A stretch of 64,000 nucleotides of DNA from Octopus bimaculoides (taxonomy: Eukaryota). Within the stretch, counting starts at the first letter, position 1. The number at the start of each line of letters is the position of its first letter. This document shows positions 11,300 through 23,524 of the stretch, piece by piece. The stretch covers positions 140,044,678 through 140,108,677 of the forward strand of contig NC_068981.1 in NCBI RefSeq assembly GCF_001194135.2, written 5' to 3'. Under the pieces are notes generated by a model. That model worked only from the letters and a program-made list of their open reading frames with translations. It had not been told where the DNA came from and did not search any database. A program made the position numbers and the translations under genes.

Positions 11300-12120
11300 C
11301 CACTACCACCACTACCAAACCTGCCGCCTCTAAAGTACACATCCTTGACTATCTTATTAGTCCCTCTCGGTTATTCCACCTTTTTCTGCTGCATACCATC
11401 TATCGCTAACTCTAACTTACACTTCATTCATCACCTAAACCACCTCTCCACGAGTGAGTTTTGTCACACTAAACAATACATACTTCACTCACTCTTTCAT
11501 CCTGCTCCACCCGACGCGACTACACCCACCACTCCCCTCTCTCATCCCTCACTCCTTCATCCTGTCCTACCCAACGGTACTACACCCATTCTCCCCCCAC
11601 ACTTCCGATCCATTCCCCTCATTGTCATTCCAACCCTCCCCTATATCACTCCCTCCACTCTCCTTCCAGCTTTCCACCGCCTCCACCACCGCTTTCCTAC
11701 CTATCTCACTCTCCTCCATCCCCACTTTAGTCTCTTGTTATCATTCCTCCTGATGTCCTCCTCTCTTAAGCGCAGCATTCTCTCCTTAGTAGGGGTCCCC
11801 GTTTCATACCTCTTACTTCATCAAGTAAGAAGTTTCAGACCAGTTCTGATATCCGAACACTGTTATTATCTCCCCTTCCTTCAGTCTCTTCCTTCCGGCC
11901 AATTCACCGTGATGAACTGTTAATTCTTACACATTTTTCTCTCTCTGTTTTTGTCTCTCTGCTTTTTGTTCTCCGTTTTTTACCCCTTTTAATCCTTTCT
12001 GAAGAGCCTAGCCTCGAAATGTGAATCTCTTTTCCATTCTTCTCGAGCATTAAACTACTACACCTGCTCGTTGTTCTTCCACCTCTTAACGTCTTTTGTT
12101 TCCTGTAAATTTGAACTATA
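11300..12120 (+). mobile_element. Decayed Penelope-like element: pyrimidine-rich ORF-start region plus pLTR
   Basis: Remnant HSLLSRGPRFIPL..KKFQ..DI resembles the LS.GL.F.P N-terminal motif of Penelope ORFs. The 3' part (GAAGAGC..CTCGAAA..CGAGCATTAAACTA) is homologous to the reverse complement of 41610-41760. Confidence 0.5.
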
Positions 12121-12809
12121 TATCAGGCCGAATGAGAAGGGAGCAACGTTTTGAAACATGAAATTCATCACAATATATTTTAACAATGTGGAACTTTTAT
12201 TCATCAAGGTAAGTACCATTAAAATCAATATATTTTTACCCACGTATTACAAGTTTGTTTATTCCTCTAACATAAAGATCTGGATAACAACACTAGTCAG
12301 ACAAACGAGCTAATTTTTTTTTAACATACCATCACCGGTTAATGCTACATAGTTTGGTATTTAGATATATTTGTATCATGATTTCGAGTTTTCGCGAAAG
12401 ACCATAACTCTCTTCAGCAATTCTTACCACGTAAAAAATTCAACTCGTCATGTTGGAGTCTGCTAGCATTCTGAATTGTTTCGCGCCAAATTCAGAACAA
12501 CTTCAGTGTAAATATATTTATGATAAGGAGTAAATATTCAAAAGCGAATATCTATATAGACATTATTGCTATTATTATCTGAGGTAAATATAAATGATTC
12601 ATAATAACAGTAAGAATAATATAGGTGACTGCAGACATTAAATAACCATAGATATCTATACAGTTAACGTTTATATTTATCATAAGGGCCCACGAGGCAC
12701 CTACCGTTGAATTTTTCAATGTCATTGGTGGTTAAGTTGAGTATTTTAACTCTACTTTCTAGCAGCTAATCGCCTCATGTGCCCTTATGATAAATACACA
12801 CACACACAT

Positions 12810-12881
<72 letters not shown>

Positions 12882-13944
12882 GCACACGCACACGCACACA
12901 CAAAATATAGACGAAATTATATCATTTTCACGTCAATTTTTGTTTTGTCCAAAATATCACCTGGCTGCAAATTCTCTATGAAACGTTTATACTTCTGAAA
13001 TTTCCTTCTTGTAGATGGTTTGTGCTCCCTCCGACTAGTGAGCACCAACTATGTTTGCCTGTATTGGATGGCTGTCAACTCGCCTGAATTCTTGGACCTT
13101 TGATATACACCACTTTTCATCCCGCAAGCCCTCCAAAAATCACCATTCTTATCATGCATGTTTGCTGGGGTATCCGGTTTAGTTTCCGAATACTTACTCA
13201 TGTAACAGGTTGTGCTGAAATACATGTTACCAGTAGCACTAGAGCGACTTGACATATACATACATATATAAACATATGATCTAGCAATTTAACGCGGGCA
13301 AGTAGTAGAAAGGAATGGCAGATAGTACTTATATCTACACGCATTGACATGTTACAATTCGAGGAGCTGCTTCACCGAGATTAACTGTTTTATTAAGGAC
13401 ATAATTTTCTTTATCGATGAAGATACAATTTTCTGTAATTCATCATTTAGAATGTACCGTTTTATTCTGTTTACTATTAATAGCGGGCAGAACGCATGCA
13501 TTTGTTGTCTATCGAGCTAGATGTCTAATAGAATTACGAGAACTTCATCTTTACGGCTCTTTTTTCTATTGCATTTCCAGTTTCGGCTTTTATTATCTAT
13601 GTTTATCCTTCATGGTTGTGTAACAGTAGAAACTGGTGCATCGATAGAAGACATTCTATGTATTATATAGTTACCTATGTATGCAGTTGGAGTTCAAACC
13701 TTACCGGATTCACCTATGAGCTATCATCTTTCCTATGTAATGAAATATTATACAAGTATTCACCTCGATGTAATCGACTATAAAAATACCCTTACTAAAT
13801 TTAAGGCAAGGCATTGGAGCAAATATTAGTAATTTTCTCTTCCACCTTCTCTTCTTTTATTATCTGTTATTATTGCTGTGAACGATACTATTATAGTAAT
13901 ATTTTTATCCCTTTTGTCTTTCCTATTAATACTGCAGTTATTAT

Positions 13945-14095
13945 TAAGGTGACAGGCAGGCAGAAACGTTAAGTTGTCAGACAAAATTCTTACGGCATAT
14001 ATCCTATCCTTTACGTTTTTTTAGATCAAATCTCGCAAAGGTCAGTTTTACTTTTCCCCTCTCCAGGAACGATGTAATCGACTATCTCCCAGATG
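13945..14095 (+). mobile_element. Degenerate family B SINE
   Basis: TAAGGTGAC..GGCAGAAACGTTA..GATGTAATCGACT. Confidence 0.55.
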
Positions 14096-15711
14096 CGTAA
14101 AAATTGCTGACTTAATGGCAATCATTACTATTTATATATTTTGAAAATTTTTCAGCAAGTGCAAACATTTCTTCTGGCCCCCAAGTTTCGCTAAATTTGA
14201 CATTATTTTTCCGATGATTTTCAAAAATAAATGATATTTTTATGTGCCTCATGTCTTGTTTCTAAAAACTAGTCAGATTTTATTTCATTTAATTCTGGCT
14301 TTATATCGAAAATAAATGATTTATATGTTTTTAATGTTACTTCATTGGCTGTTTACGGCGCCAAAGTGTTTGGATTAATATATGTATAAGCATGACTATT
14401 ATACAAAGAAGTACAATTTACTTTTTCGAATGATTTTGTTTTGATATCATATTAATATCTTGATTATTATCGTGGTGGAGATTGACCTGATTCATGATGA
14501 TGCCAAGTGAACCGACTAACACCGACCAAAAAAATAAAGAAAAACATTAATGAACGAAATACATAAAGGCATAAACAAGCTTGCTGTTGCCTCATAAACA
14601 TTTTTCAACACATGGAAAATAATTTATTTTTATGAAAAGAATAATTTAAGTAGTCCTAAGTGTCCGTTCAGAGGCAACAGCAAGAGTAGCAACGACAGCT
14701 ATTATAGCAATAACAACAAAAACGTAAACAAAGCAATATATGCACCCAGAGACATATATCGTTGAGAAATAAACGATGAAATGGTGGGGTGGTCTAGATG
14801 TTAATTGAGCCAGTTTTTCTCGCATTAATCCGGATATTCAGCTTGTGCATGTAATTGAGGTGCAATACGAAATGGAGCAGTAGCAAAACTTTGTTGATCT
14901 GATTATTTATTCCTGAGCAGATTAAATGAAAACTAATTTACTTTTTGCACAAGAAAGATGAAATTCCTCATCTTTTGTTTTCTGAAAAGTTCAGTCACGG
15001 AAAGCCTGTAGTACTTTGAACATTCTAAAGTGGAAAGCCGGACCATAAGGACCATCGGGGTCAGATAGCTTTCCTGCGAAACGTCCATTCATATGTATGT
15101 GCCTCACTATATGACGCACTGTAATATAAGTGTGACTGAGAAGAGCATAGTGAATAATATTGACTGTATTTCGTTGTCACCTTTCGAAAGCAACATGGGC
15201 GCGTGGTAAGTTCATAGGTAGTGTTGATATCAGCAAACAACAACAATATCGACAACAAGAAAATCAGTAATCAATAACAGATCAATTCTGAGAAATTAGA
15301 TTCTATCAATATAATAATTGTATCTATAAAAGAGATGCAGGGGCAGCGATAAAATACTCAATTCATATGACAAGGTGAAGCAGGTAGCAAAAGACAAACT
15401 CCTAGATGGAAAGAGACGATAGGCAGCAAAATGTTTTGTAAGGATAGAAGAGAAGATATTTACGCTGGTCTTGCAAAGGTAGCGTGTTTGAAAAGGTGAA
15501 ATGCGCTGTTATCTACAGCGGCATACGGGAAATATTTGGAGGATAAAAAGACTGATTAATGCACGATTATTCCAGCCTGTGTGGAAATACAGTATTTTTA
15601 ACTCGTTATACGAAAGGTCCATAAAAGCTTTTTTTGAACCTGTCCGCTATATTAGCATATGGCCTTTTATACTATTCCTCTTTTCCATGAGAACTCGTAA
15701 CAAATAAAGAA

Positions 15712-15772
<61 letters not shown>

Positions 15773-16850
15773 GTCACCAGGGATGTTGTTTTGAGTTTTG
15801 GTGACACCAAATCTCAAATCTCCAGAATCTTAGTATCCTTGCATAATGCAGGAGCACATTTTTCTGCAGATCTCATTTTCAATAAGCTTCATCCTCGTAG
15901 GTATTAATTCGGGTGTTGTGCCAAAATACACAAATTACCAAAGGAGTAATTGTCATCTTAGTCTCTCCCACAATTTCTTCATCACTCTGGTTAAGTCATG
16001 ATATTTTCTTAATTTCTTTGGTCACCACTATATTATCATATGATATTGCAAAGTCTATGAACTTACGCCAATTTGTTGTTCTCTATAATCATATCTGGAC
16101 TCCTTATATGAGTTATATTGCTACTCCTATAGAGAAATCCCATAAAATTCTGTAATTATCATTCTCTGTCAGCCTCTGGTTCGTGTTCATACGATTTGCT
16201 GCTACTTTGAATCAACACATATCCCCACAGAGTCATGCCTGAATTTATGCTCTTTTGTGCTATTTTTGTCTCTTTTCCGAAGATTTTGTCTTTGCTCATT
16301 ATGGTTCATTGGTCATTGACTTTATCAAATTCACCCTAATGGCTTGTTCCAGAACAGCTATAAGTAGCTATACTGTTTCTCGCTTCAGGTTTTCGTCCAG
16401 CAGGTATAACCAGCATTCTTCACATCCAACACTTTAGGGTTGTTACATGAATCGATCCTGTTTTTCTAGTTATTTCCTTTTTTCGTTTTTCTTTTTGTAC
16501 TTGAATAATCCTACAATTTCAATATATTTTAGGAAATACTTAGCCGCCGATATATTCCTTACTCACTATGTACCACATGGTTTTTTCGACCCCATAACCT
16601 GGTTCTGATGGTGTTTTCTGTATTCATCAATCATCTACTCTTTCCTTTCTTCGATATTTAGAACTTGTCGACATTAATTTTAGGGTGATGCAAGTTGTGC
16701 ATTGTTACTGGCTTCCAAGTTTTCTATCTCTGTCATTGTTCAGTTAAGAAAACGAGCGGAAACCCATGCATTCATTGCTTTGATAACAGAGCCTCCATTT
16801 AATTTGTTTCGAGGACCTTCCTAATTCTTTCAGTATGCTAGTTGGAAATT
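15773..16850 (-). mobile_element. Decayed R4/Dong-type LINE fragment (post-RT region to RLE), third subfamily
   Basis: Minus strand gives NGGSVIKAMNAW, MHNLHHPKINVD, LKRETV..LIAVLEQAIRVN, ENDNYRILWDFSI and FIDFAISYD. The 3' end runs into the (AAT)n tract at 15713-15772. Confidence 0.75.
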
Positions 16851-16936
16851 TTCTCACTAATTTCTCCTTTCATTATACTATAGTCTTGCAGCCTTCCTAT
16901 TATTATTACTATTATTACTACTACTACTACTACTAC

Positions 16937-16985
<49 letters not shown>

Positions 16986-17544
16986 GAGTGAGAGAGCTGT
17001 GCATGCCATCAAAGAGACACTGGGGTAAAATATAGGAAGCCAATTATACCCATCATGACTACCCGTCTGATAAGGGTACACCAGGCACATGCATCACAAT
17101 CATATGTGCACGACATAGTGATATCATATCAAGACAAACAGTGCATGACCTTGCGGGTGGGGCTCAGTTAGAATTTTTCTTCGGGTCGAGTAGCCCATCC
17201 TGCTCAAAAGGTCCCTGAATAAGGTTTGTTTAAGGATGTTGAGCAAAACACCCATGTTTCCAACGGTGAATTATCCAAACCCCAAAGAATTCCTCTCAAA
17301 ACATAGCTATGATGCACCCCCACTACTTCTGCCTATGATCAGAGAAGCACATATCGTCAGCCACCAACGGACATACTCAACTGGTTAAGGTCAAACAACC
17401 AACAAGTAAATCTGTGGTATTGAGCAGAATATTTGCTGTAGGACAGCTTTTTATACCACGACAAAACAATGTACATGATAACACTTCCAATCAATTAAGA
17501 TCAGAAGCCATGAGAGCCACCGCCTGGTACTGCATCCAGGCATT

Positions 17545-17545
<1 letters not shown>
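16986..17545 (-). mobile_element. Element X, copy 2
   Basis: Reverse complement of 4316-4857 over its whole length; on its own strand it ends CACTC(AAT)n. Confidence 0.8.
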
Positions 17546-17622
<77 letters not shown>

Positions 17623-17667
17623 TATTATAATAATAATAATTATTATTATTATTATTATAAATGAAAT

Positions 17668-17786
17668 GAATACGGCCATATCACGTTGAGAGCACCGCTT
17701 CTCGTCCGATCACCGAAGTTAAGGAACATCGAACCTAGCGAGTATTTAGATGGGTGACCGCTTGGGAAACCTAGGTGCTGTAAACG
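17668..17786 (+). pseudogene. 5S_rRNA: Isolated, divergent 5S rRNA copy (probable pseudogene or 5S-derived retroposon head)
   Basis: TACGGCCATATCACGTTGA..CTCGTCCGATCACCGAAGTTAAG..GATGGGTGACCGC.TGGGAA..GGTGCTGTA, ~119 nt, matches the metazoan 5S consensus. It has mismatches in helices I-III and no oligo-dT terminator. Confidence 0.9.
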
Positions 17787-17798
17787 TCACACACTTTA

Positions 17799-18275
17799 GG
17801 CGCAGGAGTGGCTGTGTGGTAAGTAGCTTGCTTACCAACCACATGGTTCCGGATTCAGTCCCATTGCGTGGTATCTTGGGCAAGTATCTTCTACTATAGC
17901 CTCGGGTCAATGCATTTGGTAGACGGAAACTGAAAGAAGCCCGTCGTATATATNNNNNNNNNNNNNNNNNNNNNNNNNNNNNNNNNNNNNNNNNNNNNNN
18001 NNNNNNNNNNNNNNNNNNNNNNNNNNNNNNNNNNNNNTGTGTGTGTGTGTGTGTGTATGTATATGTTTGTGTGTCTGTGTTTGTCCCCCCAACATCGCTT
18101 GACAACAGATGGATTTGTGTTTACGTCACCCTCACTTATCGGTTCGGCAACAGCAACCGATAGAATAAGCACTAGGCTTACAAAGAATAAGTCCTGGGGT
18201 CGATTTGCTCGACTAAATGTGGTGCTCCAGTATGGCCGCAGTCAAATGACTGAAACAAATAAAATAATAAAAGAA
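17799..18275 (+). mobile_element. Full-length family A SINE (internal microsatellite spans a gap)
   Basis: GGCGCAGGAGTGGCTGTGTGGTAAG (A-box-like), GGATTCAGTCCC (B-box-like), ATCTTGGGCAAG, and the 3' end GACTGAAACAAATAAAA. Confidence 0.9.
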
Positions 18276-20054
18276 TCTGAAAGCTACAAATTACAAGGAA
18301 ATAGTTGTTATATGCAATGCTGTACAGGATCGCTACAGTATAAATTTAGTGTATATTAAAGTATAGCATTAACTTTGCATATGATTATAAAATAGATGCA
18401 GGTGTCTGATATATGAACACGGAATTCGCTGCAAATAAAATACTCAAGTATCCAAACGATACTTAAAGTAATAGTGTACATCGGCAATATAGATTAATAA
18501 TACGCATAAAGCGAAACGTAAGAAGGTATATCGCCTTTAAAACTTGCAGCATTACTGTCTCCACAATACATTTTACAAATTTGTAGTGGAGACAGTCTAT
18601 AGTTTTCTGAACATTTTGTTGTTTGTCTTTGGTATGTATTGTTATTTAATCGTCTCTCTTAGTAAGTGAAGATTACTTAAGTATTAGTATATTTTATATA
18701 TGAAATTAAATATTGAAAATGACAATTCATATATTACCTATTTTTTGCACATATCAATATGCAGAGGAAATTATATATATTGTTCATAGACTAAGCGTAT
18801 TTCTGCATTCGTGAAATTTTCAGTTTCTAAATACAGTTAATATCGTTTTATACTACTTCATCTAAAATCGAACGCTTGATTTATAAACATTGTTGTACTG
18901 CATATCTATAAATACGTTTTTATGTATTGTATTCTAGTTGCGTGTTATTGCCTGAACCATTTCAAAAACGTCGACTACTCTTCCACAAGCGAAAATCTAA
19001 TTTGTTAGAACTACAATTTCCATAAAGTTTTCTAGAATCGGAGAGTTGACATTTGAAAAATACAAAAAGAAAAAAATGAGCGTATAGGAAAATAAATATA
19101 TTATGACCAAATTAATGAGAAAACACATTCAGCAGCGCTGAACATTGGTGGTTAGAAACAAATTAATATGGATGATAAATTTGTTTGCATACTTTCGTTC
19201 TTTAATATATATTCCGTACAATTTCTTGCAGTTTAATCATTCCTAATCTATGAATCTATGGCATATGTGTGTGTGTGTGTGCGTGTGTATTTTGTGTATA
19301 TACACATAATATCATATTCACCAACAGCGTCTATCAGAAAAATCTATCATGAATTTCATAAAGGTAGCGTACAGCTTATAACGCCTCCGTTATTTAAAGT
19401 ATAGGTTTCACAACTGTTCGCTTCCTTCAATTGTCAAACACCCCTCACACTTCTATCCACAATTAAATTGCAATGCGAAAACTCTATTTAAACCAATCAC
19501 AAACTAGAGCAATGCTGACTTAGCTAAAGAAATTTGTATATGTATCAGATTGAAACTGTTATTGTTTTCAAGTTCTCGGTACAAGTAATTGCAGGTTTTC
19601 ACTAACTGACGGCCCAACTGCATAGAAACAAATCTCAGTAAGAGGATGTACAATTTGATTTTCTTCTAACGAAGGAAATAATAAACTGTGTGAATATATT
19701 TGTGTAATTTCCGAGGCAGACATGATATATGATATAGAATATATATATAAAATCGATCTTGAACTTTATAAATATTTTTTATTAAAACTTTAGCTAAAAT
19801 TTAATTCAAAATTTAATGACACCGTCATTTAATGAGCAATAGGCAAATTATGTCTAACTATTGTAGTTAGGTCCGTAATAATAATTACTATCGGGTTCTC
19901 TTCTCGGAAAGAAGGGTGAGGAAACTTATCGTCTGAAAAGATGTCAACCAGCTACGGAACGTATAAGGATGATATTTTTATATCTACTTGCAAAAAAAAA
20001 AAATGCTTACATTACACATCCTGTGCTTTATTAACAGTAGTTTAACGATATATA

Positions 20055-20590
20055 CGAGGGGTGCATGAAAAATTTCGAGCGTATACTAGAAACGGGGCTG
20101 CTAGATAGTCGAAACAATTTTTTTCTGGTAAGTACAGTCTTTTCGGAGTATTCTTGCTCATTTTCATGATTCTGATATTTTTATTCTTTTTGTTGCAGAT
20201 TATTGAATAAACAAGTGTCGAGATTACAAGTACCTTCATTTGAAAGGCATAACTCCATCACAAATCCATGAATATATATGGTGAGAAGCTTAACAGATAA
20301 TGCTCCTTTATATGCAACAGTCAAACACTGGGTAAATAAATTCAAGTGTGGCAGGGAGTGTGTGGAAGATGATCTTAGACCAGGGAGACCTCCATCTGCA
20401 ACCACCAAGGACAGCCTTGACCTTGATCTTGGTACGATAATGCAAGGTCGCTGAATATCATGTCGTCAGATAGCCAAGGGACTGGGCATCTCAATTGAAA
20501 AAGCAAACACCGTTGTGACCAAAGAACTTGGGTTCTCAAAGCTTTCTGCAGGTGTGCCCCTCGCCTTTTGACTCCTGAACAGAAACGCAC
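20055..20590 (+). mobile_element. Mariner (DD34D-type) transposon left end with decayed transposase N-terminus
   Basis: Starts TA|CGAGGGG. Translation gives KYLHLKGITPSQIH..APLYATVKHWVNKFKCGRECVEDDLRPGRP..RQIAKGLGIS..ELGFSKLSA..PRLLTPEQKRTR (two HTH motifs plus the WVPR linker). Confidence 0.85.
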
Positions 20591-21087
20591 CAGGTGAACT
20601 TTTTCCACTAGCGTGTGCGTGTATGCATGTATGTGTGTGTGTCTCTGCATGCATATGTATATGTGAGTATATGTATATGTATGTGTGAGTGTGTGTGTTT
20701 GCGCACACGTGTCTATTTGCATGCTACAATATTACATACAATTTAAGTATAAACATATATGAAAAAGGTCAATGCTGAAATGTTGAATACCTTCATCGAT
20801 TTCGATTTAGTTTAAGAATAATATTGGAACTTTGAACAAAGAACTGGTAAATTTCTTGTAAAATTAGAAGCGACTGGGGTTTCACGTTGGGGTTATTGAC
20901 ATGTTCACATAATTTAAACTTAGTCATGAGACAGCCGAAACGTAAATTCCCGATGTAAAATAAATAATTTTGATAAAATTATGTATATATGTGTGTGTGT
21001 GTGAGTGTGTGTGTTTATGTGTGTATGTGTTTATGTGTGTGTGTGTGTGTGTGTGTGTAGACAGTTATGTTTAAAACTCTTTGCACA

Positions 21088-21429
21088 GGCGCAGGCGTGG
21101 CTGTGTGGTAAGAAGATTCCGTGGCACTTTGGGCAAGTGACTTCAAATATAGCCACGGGCCGACCAGAGCCTTGTGAGAGGATTTGGTAGACGGAAGCTG
21201 AAAGAAACACGTCGTGTATATGTGTGTATATATATATACACACATATATATATTTACGTGCCTTTGTGTCTGTGTTTGTCCCCCCACCACCTGTCTCGAC
21301 CGTTTGTCCCCCACCCCAATAGTATAAGTAACAGACTTACAAAGAATAAGTCATGGGGTCGATTTCTTCGACTAAATGGTGGTACTCCAGCATGGCAGCA
21401 GTCAAATGACTGAATCACGAAGGAAAATA
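21088..21429 (+). mobile_element. Family A SINE with internal deletions
   Basis: GGCGCAGGCGTGGCTGTGTGGTAAG head and AAAGAATAAGTC.TGGGGTCGATT..CAGTCAAATGACTGAA tail. Confidence 0.85.
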
Positions 21430-22596
21430 ACAGATATATATATATATATATTGACATTATTTCATGATTTTTGTGAAAGATAACTACACCTCATTTTATT
21501 TTATTAACATACCTCTTATTGTGTAAACATTAGTTAGAATTCTGTTGTTGTCTGTACCACTATACTGTTACTCTATTCAGACTAAAAGTAAAAAACCTAT
21601 TTGACCCATATACCTAGGGCTATAATTCCTCAACATTAATTCCTCAACATTTTGATAGTAATAAAATGACCTGATACTACTATGACCAGTGAAACCTCTA
21701 GATTCTAATACTTTTATAGCCTTGTCCATGCATACTGCTTACACCTTCCCTGNNNNNNNNNNNNNNNNNNNNNNNNNNNNNNNNNNNNNNNNNNNNNNNN
21801 NNNNNNNNNNNNNNNNNNNNNNNNNNNNNNNNNNNNNNNNNNNNNNNNNNNNNNNNNNNNNNNNNNNNNNNNNNNNNNNNNNNNNNNNNNNNNNNNNNNN
21901 NNNNNNNNNNNNNNNNNNNNNNNNNNNNNNNNNNNNNNNNNNNNNNNNNNNNNNNNNNNNNNNNNNNNNNNNNNNNNNNNNNNNNNNNNNNNNNNNNNNN
22001 NNNNNNNNNNNNNNNNNNNNNNNNNNNNNNNNNNNNNNNNNNNNNNNNNNNNNNNNNNNNNNNNNNNNNNNNNNNNNNNNNNNNNNNNNNNNNNNNNNNN
22101 NNNNNNNNNNNNNNNNNNNNNNNNNNNNNNNNNNNNNNNNNNNNNNNNNNNNNNNNNNNNNNNNNNNNNNNNNNNNNNNNNNNNNNNNNNNNNNNNNNNN
22201 NNNNNNNNNNNNNNNNNNNNNNNNNNNNNNNNNNNNNNNNNNNNNNNNNNNNNNNNNNNNNNNNNNNNNNNNNNNNNNNNNNNNNNNNNNNNNNNNNNNN
22301 NNNNNNNNNNNNNNNNNNNNNNNNNNNNNNNNNNNNNNNNNNNNNNNNNNNNNNNNNNNNNNNNNNNNNNNNNNNNNNNNNNNNNNNNNNNNNNNNNNNN
22401 NNNNNNNNNNNNNNNNNNNNNNNNNNNNNNNNNNNNNNNNNNNNNNNNNNNNNNNNNNNNNNNNNNNNNNNNNNNNNNNNNNNNNNNNNNNNNNNNNNNN
22501 NNNNNNNNNNNNNNNNNNNNNNNNNNNNNNNNNNNNNNNNNNNNNNNNNNNNNNNNNNNNNNNNNNNNNNNNNNNNNNNNNNNNNNNNNNNNNNNN

Positions 22597-22634
<38 letters not shown>

Positions 22635-22658
22635 CGTGTGTGTGCGTGTGTGTGTGTG

Positions 22659-22693
<35 letters not shown>

Positions 22694-23100
22694 GTATGTC
22701 TATCATCTCCCTCTATGTATGCGTTTATATACAGTTGTACGTACATAAATATGTATGCATTTAGACGTGTATGCGTAAATATATTTTTAAATGTGTGGAG
22801 TAGCGTAAGTTGTGAATAAATGTTTGTTTCACAGACTTTCTGTCATGTTTGATTTATTGCAGAATTAATCATTGTATAATGCAACTATTTAAATACTGGA
22901 TACGTACGGGCAAGATAAAAATAGAGAAACGTAGATTAAGATACCATGTCAGCTCCACATAGTATTTAGAGGCAAACATATATTTTATTTTGCCATCCTC
23001 TAATTGCATATTGTCATCACCGTGCTGCTATACTTAGCAGGCTTGTGTAATTTAGTATGGATGCATACATATGTAGATAGATAGATAGATAAATAGATAT

Positions 23101-23143
<43 letters not shown>

Positions 23144-23392
23144 CACACACACACACACACACTCATATATATGAAAAATTATGGTTAAGGGTATCTAAGA
23201 GATACCACCATGCTAGAGATAGCAGTCAAAACCTGACTCTAAAACCACATTGCATTCATACAGTACAAGGTGAAAACATATCTACACAAATAAACTAGCA
23301 AATATTACTGGATAATTCCAGATCCAGATTTCTGGCTTCGTACAAAAATATACTTTGCCTCATCGGACACACACACACACACACACACACGT

Positions 23393-23424
<32 letters not shown>

Positions 23425-23434
23425 ACACACACGT

Positions 23435-23475
<41 letters not shown>

Positions 23476-23482
23476 CATACGC

Positions 23483-23524
<42 letters not shown>

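Noticed and set aside
11345-11923. 192-aa Pro/His/Leu-rich ORF as a host gene
   Set aside because: Low-complexity, pyrimidine-rich, non-ATG start; better explained as a decayed Penelope-like sequence.
12127-12208. Candidate exon bounded by CAG and GTAAGT
   Set aside because: Stop codons in all three frames.
13000-13270. GC-richer block and 70-aa minus-strand ORF
   Set aside because: No recognisable domain, and no consistent splice sites with an open frame.
20920-20950. CATGAGACAGCCGAAACGT as a hammerhead
   Set aside because: The CUGANGA half of the core and stem II are not intact.
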